From the NCBI GenBank assembly GCA_034660555.1, contig JAYEJL010000059.1, forward strand, positions 1-56,551: a stretch of DNA of 56,551 nt, read 5' to 3'. This document shows positions 19,801-28,034 of the stretch, piece after piece. The DNA comes from Thermotogota bacterium (GTDB lineage Bacteria > Thermotogota > Thermotogae > Petrotogales > Kosmotogaceae). Position numbers and translations under genes: made by a program. Every line of letters starts with the position of its first letter. Within the stretch, counting starts at the first letter, position 1. Under the pieces are notes generated by a model. That model saw nothing but the letters and a program-made list of their open reading frames with translations, did no database searches and was not told the origin of the DNA.

Positions 19801-20329
19801 TCTGGAAGAAGCCAAGGAAAAACTAAATGAACTGATTGAAAAAACAGATAAAGAGGCCAAAAAAATATTTCTTGAAACATTTGAAAAAATCAACGAATAT
19901 TTTTCTCAATACATATCAGAACTTTTTGAAGGAGGAGAAGGAGAAATTAAGCTCTTTCCTGGCGAGGATATTCTTGAAACAGGTGTAGAGATAGCCATAA
20001 AGAAACCCGGAAGAAAATTTCAAAAACTGCAACTATTCTCCGGTGGCGAAAAAGCATTGGTAGGCATTGCGCTTGTTTTTTCGTTGCTTACGATTAAACC
20101 AAGTCCATTTTATATACTGGATGAGGTAGACGCTCCACTGGATGATTTTAATGCGGAACGATTTAAAAAAATGCTTAACGGACACGCAGAAGAAACACAG
20201 TTTCTTGTTATAACGCATAACAAAATGGTCATGGAAGTTGCTGATGTCCTTCATGGAATAACTATGATGGATGGTATTTCAAAGGTTATTCCTGTTGAGC
20301 TCAGCTCAATAGAAACAATAGTAGGTTAA
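16802..20329 (+). CDS. smc: Chromosome segregation protein SMC
   Basis: Walker A GPNGSGKSN, long coiled coils, hinge (GRITLLPLD, GGAITGG), signature FSGGEK, Walker B LDEVDAPLD. Confidence 0.98.
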   Translation: MKLDSVFIRGFKSFAYPTKIDVSSGITAVVGPNGSGKSNVVDSIRWLFGEQSMKTLRADSREDVLFVGSDNHPPSNTVEVKLFFQDENGKFSVSRVLTREGNSEYRMNSKSVRLKDIKELFKGTGVGMDLYSIVGQGQVDQVVSASPYELRKLIEEAAGTAVYRERKREAMSKLAATQANLDRVRDILFELEKQRKSLYLKAKRAEKYLEYTDTRKDLKRLYFGNMRRIKLDTLNKYNEDKNTMNQELQKIQKELIEKESRWSTLHQEFSKMDKEIENFTQLLEEYKQRQSDLLDFKEMYNRRLGEKESKLVESTTKSDSLKEEIENLEKRKEEVAMIKDNMDEKISNKKNELQELEKKREEIVKEHSEKEKNWLKQQEALESINKRISKATNEIERLTNNQEDISKRLEMIRTQLNSKTDRFNELKEEIEKLASKGKKSSEKQEETEKNISSVKEKIDALEKQYEKLDEERQKMKDEMRSSEMEMSTLSRQLDEYQGFSRSVREIFERKDKFNGLMDVVANIIDVPPEYETAISVLLGGRMQDVVVKDSFTAKRIIEYLKGSKTGRITLLPLDMLEGKFSKYEPAEKHKGFIGYAAKLVTVSDELDVVPRYLFRNSIIVNELDDAIDIRKNANFYGRLVSLDGQLLSTGGAITGGYISDDVRSDLISRKRRIKYLKERKKQLESSLKAKEKEIQRNKDDMKELKGYLKVLQEELNEIVSSGAAINRMIHELIKSADEVEDEVTELDQLEKDYSDKLNNSEERKKELSEELEQLKKEQQEIKGDLEGVSEELKNKKNKMEEMQSELVDRKLELSTLQEKTEQYNRELEDIEGKKDQNNQKILEMEKQTEETEEDIKRLKKQISDIENELSSLKKETESLFSNIKYHREGKEEHLDRLQQLEDEINNLKDQREEKRNKIHQLEMLIQEANMKLDNVNKELEELDDVEEVPALSEDELKEKKNELDDVEKKLKFLGTVDLDTIDEYKVVDNDYQELDKERKDLEEAKEKLNELIEKTDKEAKKIFLETFEKINEYFSQYISELFEGGEGEIKLFPGEDILETGVEIAIKKPGRKFQKLQLFSGGEKALVGIALVFSLLTIKPSPFYILDEVDAPLDDFNAERFKKMLNGHAEETQFLVITHNKMVMEVADVLHGITMMDGISKVIPVELSSIETIVG

Positions 20330-20330
20330 A

Positions 20331-20777
20331 ATGCTAACAGGTGTTATTAACGCAAAGCCGGGTTCAATTCAATTTCATATTAGCAATGACAAACTGTTAA
20401 AAGTAGATTTAATGTTCTCGTACAATGATGAGATTGAAATAGAACCATTTTATACACAGTTCAGAGAATATTTAACAGGGATGCGCAGAGAATTTGATCT
20501 GGAATATATTTTGGAGGTTAGTGATTTTACTAAAAATGTTTTGAGCATTACCAAAAAGATTTCATATGGAAAGACAATGACGTATGGACATATTGCAAGA
20601 ATACTTGGAAAACCAAAAGCTGCAAGAGCTGTGGGACAGTCTTTAAAAATTAATCCGCTTCCAATTATAATACCCTGTCATCGAGTAGTTTCCAAGAATG
20701 GACCTGGTGGATTTAGCGCCGGGATTGAGTGGAAAAATTTTCTTCGTAACCTCGAATATTCTTCAACCGCTGAATAA
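20331..20777 (+). CDS. ogt: Methylated-DNA--protein-cysteine methyltransferase
   Basis: AARAVG, NPLPIIIPCHRVV active-site motif. Confidence 0.95.
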   Translation: MLTGVINAKPGSIQFHISNDKLLKVDLMFSYNDEIEIEPFYTQFREYLTGMRREFDLEYILEVSDFTKNVLSITKKISYGKTMTYGHIARILGKPKAARAVGQSLKINPLPIIIPCHRVVSKNGPGGFSAGIEWKNFLRNLEYSSTAE

Positions 20778-21625
20778 TTACCAGAATCATTCCTGTGGCA
20801 ACCAGGGAAGCTCCCAAGTAAAAGAAAAAGGTTGGAACATTGTTTAAAAAGACTACATCAGCAAAAACCGTGAATATTGGGATAGTATAGATCCAAATGG
20901 TTGAATATTTCCCTCCCCATAGTTTTATTCCCATTCCCCACATGAAATAACCCAGTGCTGAAGCCAGTATAGAAAGATAAAGTATCCCTGTTATTGCTCC
21001 TGGATTGAAAGATATTGGCATCTTTAGTACAAATATTTCGAATATTGCAATAGGGATAGCAAAAATCATACCCCATAGTGATATGGCGAGCGTTCCTGAA
21101 GTAGTTGAATTTGAATGCTTTTCAAAAAAATATGTGTATCCTACCCATGATATGGCAGCTCCAAAGGCAATAATATTACCAAAAATACTGGATCCTTCAC
21201 TAAATTGGCCTTCATAAATAACGAAAAAGAGTCCCACAAAAGCGCTTATACTGCCTATATACTCGATGATATTGAAATGCCGTTCGAGTAAATCGTAGAA
21301 GATTATAGCGAGTATTGGTGCTGATGAAACAATCAATGCAGCATCAGAAAGATTAGTAGGCTTTAAAGAGTAGTTTTCGAAAAAGAAATAAAGGGTAAAT
21401 CCAAACAACCCTGAAAGTGCCGCATCTTTTGATAAAAAAAGTCTCGTCTTTTCTTTTTTAAGGCTAAAAAAGACAAAATTAATGAAGCGAGAAAAAACTG
21501 ATTGAAGCCAGTGTCATGGGAGGGATGGATTGAACAGCTATTTTTGTAAAGACGTAGAAAACTTCCTAAATGACTGATGTTGATAAAAGAAAAATTAAAG
21601 CTAGAGCACTTCTGTTATTTCTCAT
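20713..21625 (-). pseudogene. EamA/DMT-family transporter disrupted by a nonsense codon and frameshifts in its 5' part
   Basis: From ATG 21625: MRNNRSALALIFLLSTSVI*EVFYVFTKIAVQSIPPMTLASISFFSLH*, with TAG at 21566-21568 where EamA has IWG. The remainder (20713-21408, ...SAPI...YLSILASALGYFMW...) is in another frame. Confidence 0.8.
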
Positions 21626-21626
21626 A

Positions 21627-22409
21627 TTATTCAGAATATAAAACCATATCTGCGTAAGCCAGGTAAACCATATTTAGAAAAACACTGTTCCTTATTGACC
21701 ATAGTTCATCTACTTTAATATTGCAGCCTGATTCTTCAAGCCAATGATTCATCGACCATAGAGTGAATTCGTAAATTTGAGCAATACCTCTTGAATAAAC
21801 TTCATTTGATATATCAGGGTTAATGCTTGTTTCTCTAGCATATGCGAGAGGATTAAATCCAGATTCAACAGCTAAAATTGCAAGAACAAGTTCAGGTTTT
21901 ATATTGGAAAGCTTAAGATTATAACGATTAACGCCAACATTGATTGTTACAACAGCACCCGAAAACTCCATAATTGCTTCATAAATTGTTTGAGATATTT
22001 TCTCTTTTGTTTCCTGATTATACATATCCAGTGAGTTAGATGTTTCAATAAGTTTATCCATTCGTTCTTTTAGCTTTGGTCTACTCAAAGTGAAGAAATG
22101 TGAAGCAAATCTTTCAACATCCTCATCACTATCGAAAATAACATCAACAGATTTATCCACAACTTTGACACCACCAGGCAGTTGTGAAGGAGTTCCCGAA
22201 CCGCTAACAAAATAGCTGTAGTATTCGTAAACTTTATCATCGTAATTGTAATCAGGATTATTTAAAAAGCTTTTGTGATCTGCTCCTATCCCTCTGTTAT
22301 AGATTATTGCCATGGTTCTGATTTGTTTTTTTTCAACCGCCATGGAATTGAACACAAACAAAGTAATCAACCCAGCAGTAGATGCAACAAATATAAGAAA
22401 AATCATCAA
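21627..22409 (-). CDS. Membrane-anchored lytic transglycosylase (SLT domain) protein; true start may be 18-21 nt upstream
   Basis: LVLAILAVESGFNPLA (catalytic Glu), SRGIAQI; N-terminal hydrophobic helix. Confidence 0.8.
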   Translation of the reverse strand: MMIFLIFVASTAGLITLFVFNSMAVEKKQIRTMAIIYNRGIGADHKSFLNNPDYNYDDKVYEYYSYFVSGSGTPSQLPGGVKVVDKSVDVIFDSDEDVERFASHFFTLSRPKLKERMDKLIETSNSLDMYNQETKEKISQTIYEAIMEFSGAVVTINVGVNRYNLKLSNIKPELVLAILAVESGFNPLAYARETSINPDISNEVYSRGIAQIYEFTLWSMNHWLEESGCNIKVDELWSIRNSVFLNMVYLAYADMVLYSE

Positions 22410-22481
22410 ATCAAATTTATCGTTGATAATCTCTCACCTCTTATTTAGTATATAACAAAAAACAATATATTATGAAGCATT

Positions 22482-22506
22482 AAAAATCGGGGATTTTATC
22501 CCCGAT
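22482..22506 (-). terminator. Intrinsic terminator of the diaphorase operon
   Basis: ATCGGGGAT-loop-ATCCCCGAT, followed by a T-run on the minus strand. Confidence 0.8.
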
Positions 22507-22522
22507 CAAATTTTTCAAATTA

Positions 22523-24163
22523 TTAAAAAAGCAACCTCGCTTTTCGAGGTTCCTTTTTACCTTTTTCGAAAACACATACTCCTGCTGGGCATCTTTCAGC
22601 ACCAACATGTTGTAAGAATTCTTCTTTGAATCTATCTAGAATGGATCTTAATGGAATGGGCACAGATTGTCCAAGTCCGCAGAAAGAAGTTTTTTCCATA
22701 TTATCTGCAATATCATATAGGTTATCTATCATTTCTCGTGTACCACGGCCTTTTGAAAGTTCTCTCAGGTAGTGAACTATCAATTTGGTACCTTCTCTAC
22801 AGGGTGTACACTTTCCACAGGATTCATGTTCAAAGAATTCCATAAGGTTTAATGCAATATCAACTGCGCAATTGGTATCGTCAATAACAAGAATAACTCC
22901 CGAACCAAGTGAAATACCGTAATTTTTGGGTGAATCAAAATCCAATGGTGTAGATAGTTCTTCAGGTGTGATAAATGTACCAGCTGCGCCACCAGTTTGA
23001 ACCATTTTCAATTTTCTTCCTTCACTTATTCCACCACCATATTTGTACAGTAGATCAGCTACTGTTACTCCCATGGGAACTTCTGTTATCCCTTTATTTA
23101 CAACGTTTCCGCACAGACAAAAGACCTTTGTCCCTGCCGATGATTCGGTACCAATTGATTTGAACCATTCTGAACCGTTATTAACGATGTCAGGAATGTT
23201 GGCAAAGGTTTCTACATTATTTACGACTGTGGGTTTTTCATACAGACCTTTTACTGGAGGATATGGTGGTTTAAGTCTAGGTCTTCCGGATTTACCTTCG
23301 ATTGATTCAATGAGTGCTGTTTCTTCACCACACACATAAGCACCAGCACCAAGTCTAACTGACAGATCAAAATTAAAGTCGGTGCCCATAATATTTTTTC
23401 CCAACAATCCATATTCGTAGGCCTGATCTATTGCAATTTTAAGGTTATTTACAGACTCAAAATATTCTCCCCTTATATAAATGTAACCTTTATTAGCTCC
23501 AACAACATATCCTGCAATTGCCATGCCTTCGATTACCGAATGGGGATCGCCTTCCATGATAAGCCGGTCTTTGAATGTACCGGGTTCTCCTTCATCTGCG
23601 TTGCAAACAACAAACTTATCTTTAGCTTTGACATTTTTTGTAAATTCCCATTTCAGTCCGGTTGGGAAACCAGCACCGCCACGACCTCTCAAGTTACTTT
23701 CTTTAACGGTTCTTAAAAGTTCATCTCTATCAGTTTTGAGAGCTTTAGAAAGACTTTGGTAACCATCCATGGCAATAAATTCTTCAATATTTCGAGGATC
23801 AATAGACCCAATTCTTTTTAATACAATTCGGTTTTCTTCCGTTCTTTCTGTTGCTTCTACAGCACCAGGAATATCAATATCTTCTATAATGAGATCGTCA
23901 ATTGGTCTTCCCTTTAAGAGTTGTTCTTCTACAAATTTGTCTACATCTTCCTTCTGCTGAAGCCCGTATATTCTGTTATCAGGTAGAAGCAAAAATAGCG
24001 GTTTATCGCCATATTTACCAAAACTTCCTGTCTCAAGTACCTCAACCATATCTCCTAAATTGTATTTGTTAATAAGTGAAAGGAGATAGTTTTTGAGATG
24101 TCTGGCACCAAGTAGTATACTATTTGAATCTACTGATACGAGTATAGTAAGTGGTTTTCTCAT
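22523..24163 (-). CDS. NuoF/HydB-like FMN/NAD(P)H-binding subunit, copy 2 (Cys-less N-terminal Trx-like domain, no C-terminal 2x[4Fe-4S])
   Basis: RGRGGAGFPTG, NADEGEPGTFKDR, GAGAYVCGEETAL, ESCGKCTPCREG, SFCGLG. Confidence 0.93.
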   Translation of the reverse strand: MRKPLTILVSVDSNSILLGARHLKNYLLSLINKYNLGDMVEVLETGSFGKYGDKPLFLLLPDNRIYGLQQKEDVDKFVEEQLLKGRPIDDLIIEDIDIPGAVEATERTEENRIVLKRIGSIDPRNIEEFIAMDGYQSLSKALKTDRDELLRTVKESNLRGRGGAGFPTGLKWEFTKNVKAKDKFVVCNADEGEPGTFKDRLIMEGDPHSVIEGMAIAGYVVGANKGYIYIRGEYFESVNNLKIAIDQAYEYGLLGKNIMGTDFNFDLSVRLGAGAYVCGEETALIESIEGKSGRPRLKPPYPPVKGLYEKPTVVNNVETFANIPDIVNNGSEWFKSIGTESSAGTKVFCLCGNVVNKGITEVPMGVTVADLLYKYGGGISEGRKLKMVQTGGAAGTFITPEELSTPLDFDSPKNYGISLGSGVILVIDDTNCAVDIALNLMEFFEHESCGKCTPCREGTKLIVHYLRELSKGRGTREMIDNLYDIADNMEKTSFCGLGQSVPIPLRSILDRFKEEFLQHVGAERCPAGVCVFEKGKKEPRKARLLF

Positions 24164-24663
24164 TTGGAAGCCCCTCTTTCTTCTTCAGTTATTTTGTCAA
24201 TAATCTTGTCTACTTTTTCCGGGGTGAGATTTCCATAAGCTTCGTCATTTATTAACATCACTGGAGAAACTCCGCATAAACCAAGGCAACTGCTCTGTTC
24301 TAATGTAAATAATCCATCTTCAGTAGTTTCACCAAAATCTATTTTCAGTCTCTTCTTTAGTTGGTTAATTACCTTTTCACCATTTGCTACATGACAGGGA
24401 AGGCTTTTACAAACCCTGATAATATATTTTCCTCGTTCTTTTGTTGACAACATTGTGTAGAATGTTAGAACCTCATTTATCCTTGATGTAGGTTTATCCA
24501 TCAATTCTGAAAGTATCTCTGCTGCTTCAAGTGGAATATAACCATCGAATTCTTTTTGTAGGGAGTGCAACGTATTCAAAAGAATATCATCATCATTTAA
24601 GCTATCTTTTTTACATTCGTTATAAGAATCAAGGACTTTTTCTTTTATTTTTTCAGTAGACAT
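24160..24663 (-). CDS. NuoE/HydC-like [2Fe-2S] subunit, copy 2
   Basis: TFYTM, CKSLPC...CLGLC. Confidence 0.93.
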   Translation of the reverse strand: MSTEKIKEKVLDSYNECKKDSLNDDDILLNTLHSLQKEFDGYIPLEAAEILSELMDKPTSRINEVLTFYTMLSTKERGKYIIRVCKSLPCHVANGEKVINQLKKRLKIDFGETTEDGLFTLEQSSCLGLCGVSPVMLINDEAYGNLTPEKVDKIIDKITEEERGASK

Positions 24664-24700
24664 CTAAACCCTCCTTTCAGCCCTTCGGAAAAGTGAGTAA

Positions 24701-26500
24701 CTAGGGTGAAACTTTGCTTATGGCATCGAATCGACATACTTCGAGACAACTGCCACAGCGAGTACATATTTCCGGATCGATCTCGTGCACTTCACGGGGG
24801 CTTCCCGAAATTGCATCAACAGGACAAACCCTTGCACATGCAGTACAACCAACACATTTGTTCTCATCTATAACAACCCTATAAAGTGATTTACAACGTT
24901 TAGCAGGGCATCGTTTTTCATTAACATGAGCGAGATATTCATCCCAGAAATATCTCATAGTAGACACGACCGGTTGAGGTGCTGTTTGACCCAAGCCACA
25001 TAGTGAATTCTCCATTATGTGTTTCCCCAGCACTTTTAGTATTTCTAGATCTTCTTCTGTTCCTTCACCATTTGTTATTTGTTCTAGTATTTCAAGCATC
25101 TTTGGTGTTCCTTCTCTACAAGGTGTGCATTTTCCGCAGGATTCTTCAACAGTGAAGTCAATGAAGAATTTGGCGACATCTACCATACAATCATCTTCAT
25201 CAATAACAATAATTCCGCCAGAACCAATAATTGTACCCAGTTCCTTCATATTATCATAAGTAATTGGAGTGTCGAGAAGGTGTTCGGGAATACAACCTCC
25301 ACTTGGACCACCAGTTTGAACAGCCTTAAGCTTTTTACCGTTGGGAACGCCTCCACCAATTTCATAAATCAACTTTTTAAGTGTTATTCCCATAGGTACC
25401 TCTACGAGTCCGGTATTTTTTACTTTTCCTGCAAGAGCAAATACTTTTGTACCCCTTGAGCCTTCAACGCCAAACTGTGAAAACCATTCACCACCATTTC
25501 TTATAATCATGGGTATATTGGCATAAGTTTCAACATTGTTATTTAGGGTTGGTTTATCCCATAATCCTTTTTCCGCAGGGAAAGGGGGTTTTACTTCTGG
25601 AATTCCGCGTTTACCTTCAACTGAGTTTATCAGAGCTGTTTCTTCACCACATACAAAAGCGCCAGCCCCGATTCTTATTTCAATATCAAAGCTGAAGTTC
25701 GTATCTAAAATGTTGTCACCCAGGAATCCCATCTTTCTGGATTCTTCAAGAGCTTTGGAAAAACGTTCAATTGCAAGCGGATATTCTGCTCGAATATATA
25801 TATAACCCTTTGTTGCTCCTATTGCATACCCTGCAATAGTCATGGCTTCAACGATATTAAAAGGATCGCCCTCCAAAATTGCCCTATCCATAAAAGCTCC
25901 AGGGTCGCCTTCATCGGCGTTGCAAATAATATATTTTGGATTTCCTTTATTATTTCTTGCGAGTTCCCATTTTAAGCCGGTTGGAAAACCTGCTCCACCT
26001 CTTCCTCTGATTTCACTTTTTTTGAGTTCATCTATAATATCTTGAGGAGTCATTTCTTTTATAGCTTTGTGTAATGAAAAGAAACCATCCTGGGCAATAA
26101 ATTCCTCTATTGAAAGTGGATCAACAACTCCAAGATTTCTTGTGGCAATTTTTACCTGTTCGGTAAAAAATGGCATTTCTTCCTGTGGTTTTTCCTTTAT
26201 TTCACCGGTATCACCTTTGAAAAGGTATTCTTTTACTATACGACCCTTCAACAAATGTTCTTCTACTATTTTTCTTGCTGCCTTTGCATCGAGTTTTTGG
26301 TAGAAAACTCCCTCTGGATAAATTACAGCTATGGGGCCCAGATCACAGGCACCCATACAGCCAGTTTCTACAACCTGAACTACTTCATTAAGAGCATACT
26401 TCTCAAGTGCGTCTTCTATTTCGTTTTTTACTGATTTTTCTCCGGCGGAAATACATGCTCCACCAGCGCAAATGAGAATTGTGTTTTCGACTGTGGGCAC
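24701..26500 (-). CDS. NuoF/HydB/HndC-like flavin subunit, copy 1 (full bifurcating-type architecture)
   Basis: N-terminal CAGGAC...GCMGAC, RGRGGAGFPTG, NADEGDPGAFMDR, GGPSGG, ESCGKCTPCREG, C-terminal CVGCTACARVCP and CTRCGSCLEVC. Confidence 0.95.
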   Translation of the reverse strand: MPTVENTILICAGGACISAGEKSVKNEIEDALEKYALNEVVQVVETGCMGACDLGPIAVIYPEGVFYQKLDAKAARKIVEEHLLKGRIVKEYLFKGDTGEIKEKPQEEMPFFTEQVKIATRNLGVVDPLSIEEFIAQDGFFSLHKAIKEMTPQDIIDELKKSEIRGRGGAGFPTGLKWELARNNKGNPKYIICNADEGDPGAFMDRAILEGDPFNIVEAMTIAGYAIGATKGYIYIRAEYPLAIERFSKALEESRKMGFLGDNILDTNFSFDIEIRIGAGAFVCGEETALINSVEGKRGIPEVKPPFPAEKGLWDKPTLNNNVETYANIPMIIRNGGEWFSQFGVEGSRGTKVFALAGKVKNTGLVEVPMGITLKKLIYEIGGGVPNGKKLKAVQTGGPSGGCIPEHLLDTPITYDNMKELGTIIGSGGIIVIDEDDCMVDVAKFFIDFTVEESCGKCTPCREGTPKMLEILEQITNGEGTEEDLEILKVLGKHIMENSLCGLGQTAPQPVVSTMRYFWDEYLAHVNEKRCPAKRCKSLYRVVIDENKCVGCTACARVCPVDAISGSPREVHEIDPEICTRCGSCLEVCRFDAISKVSP

Positions 26501-26515
26501 TACAAATCACCTCTT

Positions 26516-26893
26516 TTAAAGTTCTCCACGTTTAACAACGAGATCGGATACAACATTTCCTCCAAGTATATGCTTATCAATTATCCTTTTAACTTGTGAG
26601 GGAGTTACATGGCCGTAAATAATAGGTTCTTCTCCTTCAAGATTTACCTCTATGGTAGGTTCCACATCGCATAAACCAAAACAGCCTGACTGTACAACTG
26701 AAATATCTTCAACATTCTTTTCATCCAGGTAATTGACGATTGCACTTAATGTGTCTTTTGCTCCGGCAGCGATACCACAGGTTCCCATAGCAACAATAAT
26801 CTTCCCCTTTTTGCCGGAATCTCTCATCTTCAAACCTTTAAGTGCTTTCTCTTTGATTTTCATTAAATCGTCAAGACTTTTTATTTTCGCCAT
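26516..26893 (-). CDS. HndB-like thioredoxin-fold [2Fe-2S] ferredoxin subunit
   Basis: AMGTCGIAAGA, SGCFGLCDVEP. Confidence 0.9.
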   Translation of the reverse strand: MAKIKSLDDLMKIKEKALKGLKMRDSGKKGKIIVAMGTCGIAAGAKDTLSAIVNYLDEKNVEDISVVQSGCFGLCDVEPTIEVNLEGEEPIIYGHVTPSQVKRIIDKHILGGNVVSDLVVKRGEL

Positions 26894-27386
26894 CGTTTTC
26901 CCCCCTGTACTTATTTATTATTTTTTTTATTGCGTCTGGTGTCAAACGACCGAAGAAGTCGTCTTCACCAACCATTACTACCGGGGCCATACTGCATGCT
27001 CCAACGCATCTAACGGCATGTACTGAGAATAGTCCATCTTCTGTTGGTTCGTCGAGCTCAACTCCTAGCTCTTCCTTGAAACGTTCCAGTATTTTGTCGC
27101 CACCTTTTACATAACATGCTGTTCCAACACAAACCTTAATCTGGTATTTGCCTTTAGGTTTGGTTGAGAAGAAGTTATAAAAGGTAGTGACACCATATAC
27201 CTGGCTTGGTGGAACATTTAGTTTATTAGCAATATGTTCCTGAAGTTCAACAGGCAGATAACCAAAGAGTTTCTGGGCGTAGTGTAATACGTTGATTAAT
27301 ACTCCTGGTGTGCTCTGCATCGATTCAATGAACTCATCAAGCTTATCATATAGTTTTTGGTTATGTTCTCGAACTGCTTCGGACAA
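26871..27386 (-). CDS. NuoE/HndA-like [2Fe-2S] subunit, copy 1
   Basis: VYGVTTFYNFF, CVGTACYVKG...CVGAC. TTG 27386 follows SD GGAGGTG (the track start 27461 is too long). Confidence 0.93.
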   Translation of the reverse strand: MSEAVREHNQKLYDKLDEFIESMQSTPGVLINVLHYAQKLFGYLPVELQEHIANKLNVPPSQVYGVTTFYNFFSTKPKGKYQIKVCVGTACYVKGGDKILERFKEELGVELDEPTEDGLFSVHAVRCVGACSMAPVVMVGEDDFFGRLTPDAIKKIINKYRGENDGENKKS

Positions 27387-27405
27387 TACGTGCACCTCCC
27401 AGGGA

Positions 27406-27435
27406 ATGTTATTTATTTCACTAAGCATTATAGCA
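27406..27435 (-). promoter_or_regulatory. Extended -10 promoter (TGcTATAAT) followed by a Rex-like operator TAGTGAAATAAATAACAT
   Basis: TATAAT at 27432-27427; the 18-mer at 27423-27406 matches the Rex consensus 10/14 and overlaps the predicted +1. Confidence 0.55.
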
Positions 27436-27511
27436 TTAAATTTGAGAAATGGCAGTCGCATTGTGTTAAAATAACCGATGTTACAGCATCTGTTTTCAAG
27501 GAGGAAATGAT

Positions 27512-28024
27512 ATGAATTTAAGGGACTATGTTAGAGACATACCGGATTTCCCAGAAACTGGTGTAATTTTCAAAGATGTCACTCCAATGTTAAAAAATCC
27601 TGAAAGTTTTAAAGAATGCTTAAGGATTTTGAATGAAAAAGTGGATGACCTTGACTTCGATGTTGTGTTGGCTCCGGAAGCGAGAGGTTTCATTTTTGCA
27701 GCACCCATTGCACTCCATTTTGGTAAGGGGTTCGTTCCAGTTCGCAAGCCAGGAAAGCTTCCTTATGAAAAACATTCTGTTGAATATACCTTGGAATATG
27801 GAAAAGCAAAATTGGAGATGCATACCGATGCTGTGCTAAAAGGTGAGAAAGTTCTAATTGTTGATGATGTACTTGCTACTGGAGGAACTATGGAAGCCAT
27901 ATGTAAAATGGTTGAAAAAGCCGGTGGAAAAGTTTCTGCGATCTTATCATTGATTGAACTAACCTTCCTTGAACCAAAAAAGAAACTCAAGGACTATGAA
28001 GTAAGGACAATTATTGAATACTAG
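27512..28024 (+). CDS. apt: Adenine phosphoribosyltransferase
   Basis: IPDFP..GV.FKD, EARGF, RKPGKLP, Y.LEYG, VDDVLATGGT. Confidence 0.97.
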   Translation: MNLRDYVRDIPDFPETGVIFKDVTPMLKNPESFKECLRILNEKVDDLDFDVVLAPEARGFIFAAPIALHFGKGFVPVRKPGKLPYEKHSVEYTLEYGKAKLEMHTDAVLKGEKVLIVDDVLATGGTMEAICKMVEKAGGKVSAILSLIELTFLEPKKKLKDYEVRTIIEY

Positions 28025-28034
28025 GGGTGAACAT

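Noticed and set aside
99..21568. Stop-codon reassignment to explain the TAA in rpmB and the TAG in the EamA gene
   Set aside because: TAA, TAG and TGA all terminate conserved genes at expected positions in this window, and the EamA gene also has frameshifts
22153..22161. Perfect DnaA box TTATCCACA
   Set aside because: Single copy noticed, inside a CDS, with no cluster or origin context
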